From positions 459,060-523,059 of the forward strand of contig CAYRKM010000001.1 of assembly GCA_964425075.1 (NCBI GenBank): DNA of 64,000 bases. Reading direction: 5' to 3'. Numbering within the stretch: position 1 is the first letter of the stretch; every line of letters starts with the position of its first letter. The notes under the pieces are model-generated. The model saw nothing but the letters and a program-made list of their open reading frames with translations, did not search any database and was not told the origin of the DNA. The position numbers were made by a program, and so were the translations under genes. The stretch is from an uncultured Gammaproteobacteria bacterium (GTDB lineage: Bacteria; Patescibacteriota; Microgenomatia; Levybacterales; GWA1-39-11). Below, piece by piece: positions 37,778-47,618 of this stretch.

Positions 37778-38779
37778 TTATTTTTGGAAATATTCCCACA
37801 CTTTTTGAGACAATTTAGCCTCAAATTCGGCAGCTTTCGATTGAGAGGAAGTTTCCGACATTAATACGATGATATAGTCACCTTTTTTGGAGAAAACTAT
37901 CCCTGCATCATGTTTTACTGCTCCTAGCTCTCCAGTCTTATGTGCAACAACCGTTCCATCAGGTAAATATTTTGGAATTCTATCATTGAGTTGCTGGCGT
38001 TTTAGCACTTCAAGCATTTCTTTAGAAGAGGTTTCGTTTACAAGTTGACCTTTATAAAGCAATTCGTAGTAGTCAGCAATATCTTTTGCAGTCGTACGCG
38101 GAGGACTTCCAGTATTTGAAGCAGTGAGATGATTATCAAGTAAGAATTTCTTAACGTTAGAATTTTTTACGGTGTAGGTAAGAAGGAGCGCTGAATAATT
38201 ATGAGAAATTGTAATCATTCGCTCTAGAGCTTCTCGTACCGTTGTATCAATTGAACCTTCTGTTTCTTCTGCGTCTTCTCCGAGGTCAAATATTCTATTT
38301 AATTCTTCAATACTCATCGAAATATTTTTATCAAGACTTAATTTTCCGTCCTCAATTTGCTGATACACTGTTCCCATGGTCCAGAGTTTATATAAGGAAG
38401 CAGAGTCAAATTTTCTTGTTTCATTCAAGCTATAATCTTCACCCGTTTTTAAATTCTTAATAACCACTGCATATGTACCTTTCTCATTTTGTAAAGAGTC
38501 TTTTATTATCTTCTCAAGCTCTCTTGAGCGAGTAATATTTTTATAAGTTTCAATGGACTTTTCAATTGGTGAGGCAAGCGGGGTTAAAATTGTTGATTCT
38601 ATTGTTCCCTCTTCAGATCCCTGTACTCTTATGAAGGCTAAAAGCATAAGAATGAAAGTAAAAAGAGAAAACAGAAGCAGTTTGGACAATGCGGATAAGC
38701 TCGAGACTAGAATATGTTGATATATAAGCACTATTGCAAAAGTGATAAATCCTACAAGAGGAAGAATGAGCCAACCCAT
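37778..38779 (-). CDS. Class A beta-lactamase-like serine hydrolase, membrane anchored
   Basis: ASLYK (SxxK), SHN (SxN), HKTG. Confidence 0.85.
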   Translation of the reverse strand: MGWLILPLVGFITFAIVLIYQHILVSSLSALSKLLLFSLFTFILMLLAFIRVQGSEEGTIESTILTPLASPIEKSIETYKNITRSRELEKIIKDSLQNEKGTYAVVIKNLKTGEDYSLNETRKFDSASLYKLWTMGTVYQQIEDGKLSLDKNISMSIEELNRIFDLGEDAEETEGSIDTTVREALERMITISHNYSALLLTYTVKNSNVKKFLLDNHLTASNTGSPPRTTAKDIADYYELLYKGQLVNETSSKEMLEVLKRQQLNDRIPKYLPDGTVVAHKTGELGAVKHDAGIVFSKKGDYIIVLMSETSSQSKAAEFEAKLSQKVWEYFQK

Positions 38780-38828
38780 AAAGCAAATTATATCAGGAGA
38801 TTTAGGAAAAACTTTAAATTCGGTTTCC

Positions 38829-39167
38829 TTACAATCCTAATCCTGCTCCTCCTAATTGAGTGTTTAAAGTACTGGTAATGCTGTTATAAGTTTGTGCCAT
38901 TAACCACACCGATATAATAATTGAAAAAAGAGTCAGTAAAATTGCTACAACGCCTATTATTTGTGCTTTGGAGTCTTTTTGCCTGAAATATTTTATTCCC
39001 GGCCAGAGGCCAAGCGGAGGAAGAAAAAAACTTAAAAGGTAAATGCCCATTTGTTTGCCAATCGTCGTTGAGACGGGTGGTTCTTTTATTTTTTGTCCAC
39101 AATTTGGACAAAAATAATTTGCAGGTGAAAGTTGGAATTTGCATTTGGGGCATAGCTCGTGGTCCAT
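38829..39167 (-). CDS. Zinc-ribbon membrane protein
   Basis: CPKC..FCPNCG plus 2 TM. Confidence 0.75.
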   Translation of the reverse strand: MDHELCPKCKFQLSPANYFCPNCGQKIKEPPVSTTIGKQMGIYLLSFFLPPLGLWPGIKYFRQKDSKAQIIGVVAILLTLFSIIISVWLMAQTYNSITSTLNTQLGGAGLGL

Positions 39168-39331
39168 ATGAGTAGCATCTCACATGAGTTAATAAGCTTC
39201 AATGGGAGAATGCTGGCAATAATCTTTACTTGCAAAATACCTCTTGACGTACAAAAAAACATGTAGTATTATTCTTTTTACACCTTAACTGAGGTGTTTC
39301 TTTTTGGCGAAAGCCACGATATAATACAAAT

Positions 39332-40516
39332 ATGGCAACAGGAAAATTTGATAGAACAAAACCACACGTTAATATTGGAACCATTGGTCACGTTGATCAT
39401 GGTAAAACCACTACAACTGCAGCTATTACTACAGTATTGGCTAAAAAGGGATTTGCAGAAGCTCGAAAATACGAGGATATTGATAATGCTCCAGAAGAAA
39501 GAGAAAGAGGAGTTACCATCAACATTTCCCACCAAGAATACGAAACAGAAAAAAGACATTACGCACACATTGACGCTCCAGGACACGCTGATTACATTAA
39601 AAACATGATCACTGGTGCCGCTCAAATGGATGGTGCAATTTTAGTTGTATCTGCTCCTGACGGTCCTATGCCTCAAACTCGAGAACACATTCTTCTTGCT
39701 CGCCAAGTTGGAGTACCTTCAATCGTAGTATTCATGAACAAAATTGACATGGTTCAAGATCCTGAGCTTATTGAACTTGTTGAAATGGAAGTACGAGAAC
39801 TTTTGAACAAATACCAATATCCAGGAGACGAAACCCCTATTATTAAAGGTTCTGCTCTTAAGGCTCTTGAGGGAGACGCAGAGGCTGAAAAAGCTATTCT
39901 TGATCTTATGGAAGCAGTTGACAGCTACATTCCAACCCCAGAAAGACCAGTTGATAAACCTTTCCTTATGCCAGTTGAGGATGTTTTCTCAATTAAAGGT
40001 CGAGGAACAGTGGTAACTGGAAGAATAGAAAGAGGAATGGTAAAAATTAACGAAGAGCTTGAAATTGTTGGTATAAAGCCAACCACAAAAACAATTGTTA
40101 CTGGAATTGAAATGTTCCGAAAACAGCTCGATGAGGGTCAAGCAGGAGATAATGCAGGACTTCTTCTAAGAGGAATTGAAAAGAAAGATGTAGAGCGCGG
40201 ACAAGTTCTTGCAAAACCTGGAAGTATTACTCCTCACACTGATTTTGAGGCTGAAGTTTATATTCTTACCAAAGAAGAGGGTGGACGTCACACTCCTTTC
40301 TTCTCAGGATACCGACCACAATTTTACATCAGAACAACTGACGTAACTGGTGAAATCAAACTCCAAGAGGGTGTTGAGATGGTTATGCCAGGAGATAACG
40401 CAAAAATGAATGTTTCATTAATTGTTCCAGTCGCTATGGAAGAAGGAATGAGATTTGCTATCCGAGAAGGTGGAAGAACCGTCGGAGCAGGAGTTGTAAC
40501 CAAGATTACTAAGTAA
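39332..40516 (+). CDS. tuf: Elongation factor Tu
   Basis: [26 protein letters not shown]. Confidence 0.99.
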   Translation: MATGKFDRTKPHVNIGTIGHVDHGKTTTTAAITTVLAKKGFAEARKYEDIDNAPEERERGVTINISHQEYETEKRHYAHIDAPGHADYIKNMITGAAQMDGAILVVSAPDGPMPQTREHILLARQVGVPSIVVFMNKIDMVQDPELIELVEMEVRELLNKYQYPGDETPIIKGSALKALEGDAEAEKAILDLMEAVDSYIPTPERPVDKPFLMPVEDVFSIKGRGTVVTGRIERGMVKINEELEIVGIKPTTKTIVTGIEMFRKQLDEGQAGDNAGLLLRGIEKKDVERGQVLAKPGSITPHTDFEAEVYILTKEEGGRHTPFFSGYRPQFYIRTTDVTGEIKLQEGVEMVMPGDNAKMNVSLIVPVAMEEGMRFAIREGGRTVGAGVVTKITK

Positions 40517-40565
40517 TTAGTGATCATTCGCACATTGTAATTTAACTGATTTTTAAATGGTTATG

Positions 40566-40594
40566 AACCTGCTTTTCGAAAAGCAGGTTTTTTT
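40566..40594 (+). terminator. Intrinsic terminator after tuf
   Basis: aacctgctttt-cg-aaaagcaggtt plus T tract. Confidence 0.8.
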
Positions 40595-40613
40595 GTAGTA
40601 AAATATATCAAAT

Positions 40614-40958
40614 ATGACTATTCAGGCAGAAGCATTAAAAAGATCAAATGAGTTTATAGATAAATCTAGCTTTACGGGAATTGGACAGGAGGTAAAGTGT
40701 GAAACTGGAAAAAGTAGATTCGTATGGTATAGAAATGCTGATTTACGTATACATGATTTTGGAACTGAAGGAAGAACTGGCGCGGTAGGGAATGTAAGAA
40801 TAGGTCCTGTTATTGGTTTGTTTGGGATGAGCGGTGAATCTGGAGATTGGACTTATAATGCTGCTACCGGTGATTTGGCTTTCGAGCTTTTAGAAGGTAA
40901 AGTTGTTGAATTGGATTTAAAAGAAGAGGGTAAAATCAGATTTACACATACACAATAA
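40614..40958 (+). CDS. Hypothetical protein between tuf and rpsJ
   Basis: 114-aa ORF. Confidence 0.65.
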   Translation: MTIQAEALKRSNEFIDKSSFTGIGQEVKCETGKSRFVWYRNADLRIHDFGTEGRTGAVGNVRIGPVIGLFGMSGESGDWTYNAATGDLAFELLEGKVVELDLKEEGKIRFTHTQ

Positions 40959-40967
40959 CATAAAAAT

Positions 40968-41279
40968 ATGGCACAGAAAGGAAGAATAAGAGTAAAATTA
41001 AAGAGCTATGATCCTCGAATCATAGATCAAACATGTCAACAAATCATTGATACGGCCCTTCGTACCGGTGCAAAGGTTGTTGGACCTATTCCATTGCCTT
41101 CAGATAGGACTGTATTTGTAGTAAATAAAGCAGCCTTTATTGATAAAGACGCACGAGAGCATTTTCAGCTCAAAACTCACAAAAGACTCATTGATATTAT
41201 GAATCCAACAGATAGCACTATCGAGAACCTCATTCATCTCGATTTACCTTCAGGGGTAAATGTTGAGATTAAGATGTAG
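40968..41279 (+). CDS. rpsJ: 30S ribosomal protein S10
   Basis: IRVKLKSYD, GPIPLP, THKRLIDI. Confidence 0.96.
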   Translation: MAQKGRIRVKLKSYDPRIIDQTCQQIIDTALRTGAKVVGPIPLPSDRTVFVVNKAAFIDKDAREHFQLKTHKRLIDIMNPTDSTIENLIHLDLPSGVNVEIKM

Positions 41280-41883
41280 AATCTGTCTCATTTTGTCTTA
41301 AGAAAATCGTTTTTTTTCTCTTAGTCTCCACCATTTTTTTAACTGCTTCGGGGTTGGGTTGTCTTCCTCTTAGTTTTACACTTATTCTTTGCTTCAGCTC
41401 ATCCGACAGCCCTCTTCCGTAATTTGGATTTTTTTCTCCCTTTAATGCCTCGCTTATTTTTTGTCTAACGCTTTCTGAAAGTGGTTTTCCGTAATTAGCA
41501 TTATTATTTCCACTTGCTGCTTCACTCATACGATTTCTCAGCTCGGGGGTAAATTCTCTTTGGGCATTAGCCTGAGCATGTCTTTCACGCCCATCGGGGC
41601 TAAACTTACCCTTCTCGGGAGGTACAAAGCCCTCAACAAGGAGAGCAGCATAGGGTTCAAGCAATAAGTCAAGCTCACATTCCGTTAGTGGTTCAAGAGC
41701 GGCAAGGTAATTCCCTAAAAGTTGTGGACTTGGTACGCGTTTACCGGTAGAAATAGTTGATATGTAACTGTCGGAGACTTCAAGTTCAACGTGAAGGGAT
41801 TTCAGGGTACGATTGTGCGCTCGAGCAATAGTTGCGAATGCCTTTCCGAATTCTATAGCTTTTGGATGTTTCTCTTTTTCCAT
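41269..41883 (-). CDS. XRE-type HTH plus NUMOD3 repeat DNA-binding protein
   Basis: VSDSYISTISTGKR.PS; SE.VRQKISEALKGEKNPNYG-type repeats; ATG 41883 is 7 nt after TATAAT. Confidence 0.75.
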   Translation of the reverse strand: MEKEKHPKAIEFGKAFATIARAHNRTLKSLHVELEVSDSYISTISTGKRVPSPQLLGNYLAALEPLTECELDLLLEPYAALLVEGFVPPEKGKFSPDGRERHAQANAQREFTPELRNRMSEAASGNNNANYGKPLSESVRQKISEALKGEKNPNYGRGLSDELKQRISVKLRGRQPNPEAVKKMVETKRKKTIFLRQNETDSTS

Positions 41884-41944
41884 ACTACGCATTATATTAG
41901 AAGTCTTATAGTAACTCAACAACAGAAAGACAGGTATAAACTCC

Positions 41945-42080
41945 TTGCATTTGAATTCAAATACGTATATAATAATCCTTACGCAAAATGACGACTTTAA
42001 GGAGGGTTAGTTTGACTACATAAGCTCTAACGGTTAAGGTTTTCTTAATCATCAAAGCGACTGTAGTAGTCGCTTTTTTT
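41945..42080 (+). promoter_or_regulatory. rplC promoter and leader with terminator hairpin (putative attenuator)
   Basis: TTGCAT-N17-TATAAT; aaagcgact-gtagt-agtcgcttt plus T tract at 42054-42080. Confidence 0.65.
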
Positions 42081-42099
42081 GTGGGTTTTAGTTCAAAAT

Positions 42100-42148
42100 A
42101 TACCGACAACTCTTTTGCCAAGCAGAGCTTGTCAGAGACTCTCGGTAT
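42100..42148 (+). repeat. ATACCG...CGGTAT stem-loop element, copy 1
   Basis: ataccgacaactct...gagactctcggtat. Confidence 0.75.
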
Positions 42149-42173
42149 GTTTTTTAAAACTAGTTTAAAAAAC

Positions 42174-43067
42174 ATGATACAAGCAATATTAGGCAAAAAA
42201 TTGGAACAGACACAAGGATTCCTTCAAAACGGAACACGTATTCCTATGACCAAAATTATGGTTGGGGGAAATGTGGTTTCCCAAATTAAAACCATCGAAA
42301 AAGACGGATATGAAGCTGTTCAACTTGGATTCGGAAATACAAAGAAGGCAGATAAACCAACCCAAGGACACTCAAAAAAAGCGGGGCTCAAAGAGACGCC
42401 TCGTTTTTTTAAGGAAGTAAAGGCTGATAAATTAGAAGGAATTGAAGCGGGAACAGCCATTAATGTAGAAGAAATTTTAGAAGCAGGAGATAGGATTGAT
42501 GTAACTGGAACTTCGAAAGGAAAAGGATATGCAGGAGTAGTCAAAAGACATGGTTTTCATGGAGGACCCAAAACTCATGGTCAGTCAGACCGCCATCGTG
42601 CTCCAGGTTCTATTGGTCAATCTACTACACCAGGACGTGTTTACAAAGGTAAAAAAATGGCAGGTAGAATGGGAAATGAGCAGGTAACTGTTAAGAATCT
42701 TGAGGTTATTGAGGTTAACGGAGAAGAACTTTTAATTAAAGGACTTATCCCTGGTTCAATTGGCTCAATAGTAACAATTACAAGAATTGGAAACAATAAA
42801 AAACATGTAGGTCTTTATCAAGAACCGGTTGCCGAAGAGGTAGTAATAGACGAGAAAAAAGTTGAGGAAGTAGGAGAACCCCTAGTAGAACAAGAAGAAG
42901 CACGGGTTGAGGACGCTGAGGAAGTAAAAGAAGAAATGCAAGCAGAAGCGGCAGCTGAGCAAATTACAGAACCTGCAAAACCTACAGAGGAAGTAAAAAC
43001 AGAAGAAGTAGAGGAGAAAATAGAAGAAGTTAAAGAAGAAACAAAAGAGGAGGAGGAAAAAGCCTAA
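42174..43067 (+). CDS. rplC: 50S ribosomal protein L3 with long acidic C-terminal tail
   Basis: G.K...Q, KDGY.AVQ, SKGKG.AG, GKKMAGRMG. Confidence 0.96.
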   Translation: MIQAILGKKLEQTQGFLQNGTRIPMTKIMVGGNVVSQIKTIEKDGYEAVQLGFGNTKKADKPTQGHSKKAGLKETPRFFKEVKADKLEGIEAGTAINVEEILEAGDRIDVTGTSKGKGYAGVVKRHGFHGGPKTHGQSDRHRAPGSIGQSTTPGRVYKGKKMAGRMGNEQVTVKNLEVIEVNGEELLIKGLIPGSIGSIVTITRIGNNKKHVGLYQEPVAEEVVIDEKKVEEVGEPLVEQEEARVEDAEEVKEEMQAEAAAEQITEPAKPTEEVKTEEVEEKIEEVKEETKEEEEKA

Positions 43068-43101
43068 CGTTTTGTAAATTAGCGTTTGGCGTTTAGTGAT
43101 T

Positions 43102-43899
43102 ATGGCTGATACAAAAGTTAAAACAATTAAAAAAGTAGCAGCGGTTAAAAAACCAGCTGTTAAAAAAGTTGTGGCAAAAAAAACTACTTCAGTAAATAAA
43201 GTAGCAAAAGCTAAAGAGGCTGTAGTTGTAAAAGAAGCTAAGGTTTCAACCGGTTCTTTGAAAGTTGATGTTATTGGAGCAAATGGTGCAAAGAATGGGA
43301 CTGTTAGCCTTCCAACTGAGTTGTTTGGCATTGTACCTAACAAATCTCTTATAGCTCAAGCTATTCGTGTATATCTTGCAAACCAAAGACAGGGCACTTC
43401 TTCTACAAAAACCAGGGGTCAGGTAAAGGGTTCTACGAGAAAAATTTACCGTCAAAAAGGTACAGGACGAGCAAGACATGGAGCGAACACTGCTCCTATT
43501 TTTGTAGGTGGAGGAATCGCTTTTGGACCTCATCCACGCGACTATTCTTTAAAAATGCCAAAAAAGATGAAAAAGATTGCATTTGCTTCAATCCTTTCTC
43601 AAAAAGCATCAGATGGGGCTATTAAGGTAATTGAGGGAGAATTTAGTGGTAAAACAAAGGATGTTTCAAAGCTACTTAAAACAATGAGTTTGACTAATAA
43701 AACAGGAAAAGCACAGAAAGTGTTATTGGTTATTGGCCAAAATGATAAAAATATCGCAAGGGGAGCACACAATATTGGAGGTTTGTCTATCGAGAGTTCA
43801 GCAACCCTTTCAACCTACCCAGTTTCAATCAGTAAAAATATCATTTTTGTAAAAGACGCGATTAATGATTTAGTTACAAGATATCAAAAAGGAGAATAA
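43102..43899 (+). CDS. rplD: 50S ribosomal protein L4 with Lys/Ala/Val-rich N-terminal extension
   Basis: RQGT.STKTR, QKGTGRARHG, GGG.AFGP. Confidence 0.96.
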   Translation: MADTKVKTIKKVAAVKKPAVKKVVAKKTTSVNKVAKAKEAVVVKEAKVSTGSLKVDVIGANGAKNGTVSLPTELFGIVPNKSLIAQAIRVYLANQRQGTSSTKTRGQVKGSTRKIYRQKGTGRARHGANTAPIFVGGGIAFGPHPRDYSLKMPKKMKKIAFASILSQKASDGAIKVIEGEFSGKTKDVSKLLKTMSLTNKTGKAQKVLLVIGQNDKNIARGAHNIGGLSIESSATLSTYPVSISKNIIFVKDAINDLVTRYQKGE

Positions 43900-43901
43900 T
43901 T

Positions 43902-44273
43902 ATGCAGGCACTAGATATTTTAATCAAACCAATTATTTCTGAAAAATCTTTGAGAGACGCACAAACTGGGAAATTTACATTTTTGGTAAATTCAATTGCA
44001 AATAAAACCGAAATAAAGAAAGCAATTGAATCAACCTTTACGGTAAATGTTGAAAAAATAACAACCGTTACGACAAAAGGAAGCACAACAAGAGTCACTA
44101 AATTAGGAAGAAAAACAAAAATATTTAAAAACAAAAAAGCTCGAGTAGTTCTTCGAAAAGGACAAACAATTGATGTCTTTGAAGAACATCTAGGAGGAGA
44201 TGAGAAGAAAGAAAAGAAAGAGAAGAAAGTAGAAAAAAATACCGACAAGAAAGAGTCAAAGGATAATAAATAA
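43902..44273 (+). CDS. rplW: 50S ribosomal protein L23
   Basis: P.ISEKS, NK.EIK.AIE..F, KKA.V. Confidence 0.95.
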   Translation: MQALDILIKPIISEKSLRDAQTGKFTFLVNSIANKTEIKKAIESTFTVNVEKITTVTTKGSTTRVTKLGRKTKIFKNKKARVVLRKGQTIDVFEEHLGGDEKKEKKEKKVEKNTDKKESKDNK

Positions 44274-44276
44274 CCT

Positions 44277-45014
44277 ATGAAATTAAAAAGAATATTAAAG
44301 AAAAATTCAGGACGGGATAATTCCGGAAGCGTTGTTGTACGTCATCAGGGCGGACGACACAAAAGAATGTATAGACTTATTGATTTTAAGAGAGATAAGC
44401 ATTCAGTAGAGGGAACAATTGTTGGAGTTGAATATGATCCTAATCGTTCAGCTGAATTGGTTTTAGTTCAGTATAGGGATGGGGATAAAAGATACATTCT
44501 TCGTCCATTGGATTTAAATTTAGGAGATAAAGTGATTGCCAATGAAATTACTGACGTAAAAGCTGGAAACACTATGATGCTTAAAAATATTCCCGTAGGT
44601 ACACCAATTCACAATGTTGAATTGACCAAGGGTAAGGGTGGACAGCTTGCAAGAAGTGCTGGGGATCAGGCAAGTGTTATGGCCAGAGAAGATAAATATG
44701 TTCATGTAAAACTCCCTTCAGGTGAAATAAGAAGGATTTCAGGGGACAACTATGCTACAATTGGCCAGCTCTCAAAGGTTGAATGGAAAGATAGAGAATG
44801 GAAGAAAGCGGGAGCAAAACGTCATCTTGGAATAAGACCTACAGTCAGGGGAGTTGCCATGGAGCCGTCTTCTCACCCTCATGGAGGAGGAGAAGGAAGA
44901 AGTGGTATTGGTATGTCTACGCCGAAAACTTTTTATGGTAGACCAGCTGTGGGGAGAACAAGAGATAAGAAAAAATACAGCAATAAATACATAGTAAAAA
45001 GGAGGAAGGCTTAA
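44277..45014 (+). CDS. rplB: 50S ribosomal protein L2 (N-terminally short)
   Basis: [25 protein letters not shown]. Confidence 0.97.
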   Translation: MKLKRILKKNSGRDNSGSVVVRHQGGRHKRMYRLIDFKRDKHSVEGTIVGVEYDPNRSAELVLVQYRDGDKRYILRPLDLNLGDKVIANEITDVKAGNTMMLKNIPVGTPIHNVELTKGKGGQLARSAGDQASVMAREDKYVHVKLPSGEIRRISGDNYATIGQLSKVEWKDREWKKAGAKRHLGIRPTVRGVAMEPSSHPHGGGEGRSGIGMSTPKTFYGRPAVGRTRDKKKYSNKYIVKRRKA

Positions 45015-45045
45015 GCAGAGCTTGCTTTTGCTAACAAAAGTAATT

Positions 45046-45330
45046 ATGTCACGAAGTTTAAAAAAAGGACCATATGTAGTTGAGAGATTACTGAAAAAAG
45101 TAATGGCTCAAAAAGAATCTGGAGGCAGAGATGTTATCAAAACCTGGGCACGGGCTTGCCAAATTCCACCAGAATTTGTCGGTCACACCCTTGGTGTTCA
45201 TAATGGTAAACATTTTATTAGTGTAAAAGTTGTTGAGGGTATGGTTGGGCACAGACTTGGAGAATTTTCTCCAACAAGGCACTTTAAGGGTCATGGAAGA
45301 GTCGTTGCTCGTGAGATATCAAAGACTTAA
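45046..45330 (+). CDS. rpsS: 30S ribosomal protein S19
   Basis: [26 protein letters not shown]. Confidence 0.97.
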   Translation: MSRSLKKGPYVVERLLKKVMAQKESGGRDVIKTWARACQIPPEFVGHTLGVHNGKHFISVKVVEGMVGHRLGEFSPTRHFKGHGRVVAREISKT

Positions 45331-45749
45331 TGAATACTATGGAATATAGAGCAATTGCAAAAAACATTAAAATTTCACCACGTAAGGTGAGGCTTGTGAC
45401 GGATAGCATTCGAGAGTTAACAGTGGCAAAAGCATTAACTCAACTTATGGTGTCTCCAAAAAGAGGCGCAGTTCCTGTTAAAAAAACTATTGAAAGCGCA
45501 ATGGCAAATGCAGTAAATAACAATAATGCAAAAAAGGACGACTTGGTTATTAAAACGATTAATGTAACTGAAGGAATAGCATATAAGAGATATCACTTTG
45601 CAGGACGAGGAAGAACAAGACCATATGTTAAAAAAACAAGCCATATTAACGTGATCTTAGAAGACAAAGCAATAGTTCAAGCTCCAGTTCTAAACAAAGT
45701 AGAGCTTGAGAAAGAGAATAAAACAATTAAAAAAGGAGGAAAGAAATAA
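45330..45749 (+). CDS. rplV: 50S ribosomal protein L22
   Basis: ISPRKVRLV, SAMANA, TSHI.V. Confidence 0.95.
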   Translation: MNTMEYRAIAKNIKISPRKVRLVTDSIRELTVAKALTQLMVSPKRGAVPVKKTIESAMANAVNNNNAKKDDLVIKTINVTEGIAYKRYHFAGRGRTRPYVKKTSHINVILEDKAIVQAPVLNKVELEKENKTIKKGGKK

Positions 45750-45818
45750 TTACTAATTAATCTAATTATTCTAATTAAACTAAATTAGAAATTAGAGCAC
45801 TTAGAAATTAGAAATTTT
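45748..45818. repeat. AT-rich ctaatt/aattag periodic inverted repeat after rplV
   Basis: Left arm near-identical to the copy after rplM (59470). Confidence 0.6.
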
Positions 45819-45824
45819 CAAAAT

Positions 45825-46469
45825 ATGGGACAAAAAGTTAATCCAATTGCATTAAGAATGGGTATCCACCACGACTTTAAAAGCGTAGGTTATTACCCTA
45901 AAAAGTCATATGCAGTAACAGTTTTGAAAGATATTAGGATTCGAGAGGCTTTAATGAAAAGACTAAAGCCCGCAGGGGTTGGGGATATCATTCTAGAACG
46001 TTCTGCAAGTTCTATAAAAATTACAATTTACGTTATGCGTCCGGGAATTGTGATTGGAAGAGGTGGTTCTGGGCTTGAGGAATTAAAAAAACAAATTGTA
46101 ACTCTTCTTGGTGAGTCACATGTTCCTGGAAAGAGTTCTCAAAAAATTGAACTTAAAGTTGAACCGATTAAGGAACCAAACCTGAGTGCATATTTAGTTG
46201 CAAACAATATTGCAGAACAACTGGCACGACGTATGCCATTTCGAAGAGTAGTAAAGCAAGCAACTGATAGAGTAATGCAGTCGGGGGCAAAAGGCGTAAG
46301 AATTATTCTTGCTGGTCGTATCAATGGAGCAGAAATTGCTAGACGAGAAAGAACACAAACAGGAAAAGTTTCGTTATCAACAATAAGAGAAAATATCGAT
46401 TTTGCAAGCGTTCCTTCGCTTACAAAATCAGGTTACATTGGAGTTAAAGTTTGGATAAACAAAAAATAA
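45825..46469 (+). CDS. rpsC: 30S ribosomal protein S3
   Basis: MGQKVNP, RPG.VIG, GR.NGAEIAR, G.IGVKVWI. Confidence 0.97.
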   Translation: MGQKVNPIALRMGIHHDFKSVGYYPKKSYAVTVLKDIRIREALMKRLKPAGVGDIILERSASSIKITIYVMRPGIVIGRGGSGLEELKKQIVTLLGESHVPGKSSQKIELKVEPIKEPNLSAYLVANNIAEQLARRMPFRRVVKQATDRVMQSGAKGVRIILAGRINGAEIARRERTQTGKVSLSTIRENIDFASVPSLTKSGYIGVKVWINKK

Positions 46470-46522
46470 GCAAAGCTTGCTTTTTGGAAACAAAAAGTAG
46501 CGTTTAGTTTAAAAATAAAATT

Positions 46523-46936
46523 ATGTTACAACCTAGGAAATCAAAATACAGAAAACAATTTAAGCAAAGAAGCCTTCCCGGAATGGCAACAAAAGGGAAT
46601 AGGGTTTCATATGGTGAATTTGGATTGAGAGCTGAAGAGTCAGGACATATTTCAGCCCGCCAAATTGAGGCAGCAAGGCGTGCAATTGTTCATTTTATTA
46701 AAAGGGGTGGACGTGTATGGATTAGAATTTTTCCAGACATGCCTATTACCAAAAAACCGCCAGAAACCCGTATGGGTGGAGGAAAAGGAGATATTGATCA
46801 CTATGTTGCAGTAACAAAAGCTGGACAAATGATTTTTGAAATGGCAGGAGTAACAGAAGAAACAGCAAAAGAAGCATTAAGACTTGCAGGCCATAAATTA
46901 TCAGTAAAATCAAGCTTTATTTCAAAAAACGCATAA
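46523..46936 (+). CDS. rplP: 50S ribosomal protein L16
   Basis: QIEAAR, WIRIFPD, RMGGGKG. Confidence 0.97.
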   Translation: MLQPRKSKYRKQFKQRSLPGMATKGNRVSYGEFGLRAEESGHISARQIEAARRAIVHFIKRGGRVWIRIFPDMPITKKPPETRMGGGKGDIDHYVAVTKAGQMIFEMAGVTEETAKEALRLAGHKLSVKSSFISKNA

Positions 46937-46945
46937 GGAGAATAT

Positions 46946-47158
46946 ATGAAAAAAAACGACAGAATTGAATTACGATCAAAAACAAAAGAAGAGTTAATAA
47001 AGCAACTACGTGATTTACGTAGCGAAGCGGCAAAATTGTCAATGGATATGACAACAGGAAAAGTAGTAAATACTGCAGAAATTTATAACAAGAAAAAAAT
47101 GATAGCAAGAATACTTACATATCTTGGACAAAAAAAGGAGGAAACAGTAAATGCCTAA
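46946..47158 (+). CDS. rpmC: 50S ribosomal protein L29
   Basis: ELR.K..EEL, IARILT; position. Confidence 0.9.
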   Translation: MKKNDRIELRSKTKEELIKQLRDLRSEAAKLSMDMTTGKVVNTAEIYNKKKMIARILTYLGQKKEETVNA

Positions 47159-47486
47159 AACAGTAAAAAAAGTAATAAAAAAAGCTGAAAGCCCTGTCGT
47201 TGTAGAGAAATCTAAAAAGCCAGTCGAGGAAAAAATGAAAGAAGCAAAGAGAAAAACGATTACAGGAAAAGTAGTATCGGTAAAGATGAAAAATACCGTT
47301 GTAGTTGCTGTAGAGAGAAAAGTTGCGCATAAAAAATATGGCAAACTCCTAAAAGTTACAAAGAGATTTAACGTAGATACAAACGGAATGGAAGCAACAG
47401 AGGGAGAGACAGTAGTAATTGAGCAAACACGACCAATGAGTAAAACAAAATATTTTAAATTAGTTTCAAAAGGAGGGAAAGGGTAG
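47151..47486 (+). CDS. rpsQ: 30S ribosomal protein S17 with Lys-rich N-terminal extension
   Basis: G.VVS.KM.NTVVV, H..YGK, TRPMSKTK. Confidence 0.95.
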   Translation: MPKTVKKVIKKAESPVVVEKSKKPVEEKMKEAKRKTITGKVVSVKMKNTVVVAVERKVAHKKYGKLLKVTKRFNVDTNGMEATEGETVVIEQTRPMSKTKYFKLVSKGGKG

Positions 47487-47490
47487 AATT

Positions 47491-47552
47491 TTATACCGAC
47501 AACTCTTGCTCAAAAAGCCAACTGGCATTTTGAGCTGAGACTCTCGGTATAA
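47491..47552 (+). repeat. ATACCG...CGGTAT stem-loop element, copy 2
   Basis: ttataccgacaactcttgctcaaaa-agccaactggca-ttttgagctgagactctcggtataa. Confidence 0.8.
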
Positions 47553-47618
47553 GCAAAGCTTGCGGTTTAGCAATCTAAATTCTCGCCCAAGGACTTAGAT
47601 TTATAAGGAGCTCGAAAT

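Noticed and set aside
37778-38779. Bona fide antibiotic-resistance beta-lactamase
   Set aside because: Membrane-anchored, and the omega-loop Glu166 region is not recognisable; more likely a PBP-like envelope enzyme.
41269-41922. Group I intron or active homing endonuclease
   Set aside because: No GIY-YIG/HNH/LAGLIDADG motif; flanking genes are uninterrupted.
42081-42173. N-terminal extensions in the ORF track for rplC (also adk 52809, murB 13339, lexA 37426, protease 18626, rpoA 57504)
   Set aside because: Upstream in-frame starts run through RNA elements, repeats or promoters; family homology begins at the downstream ATG.
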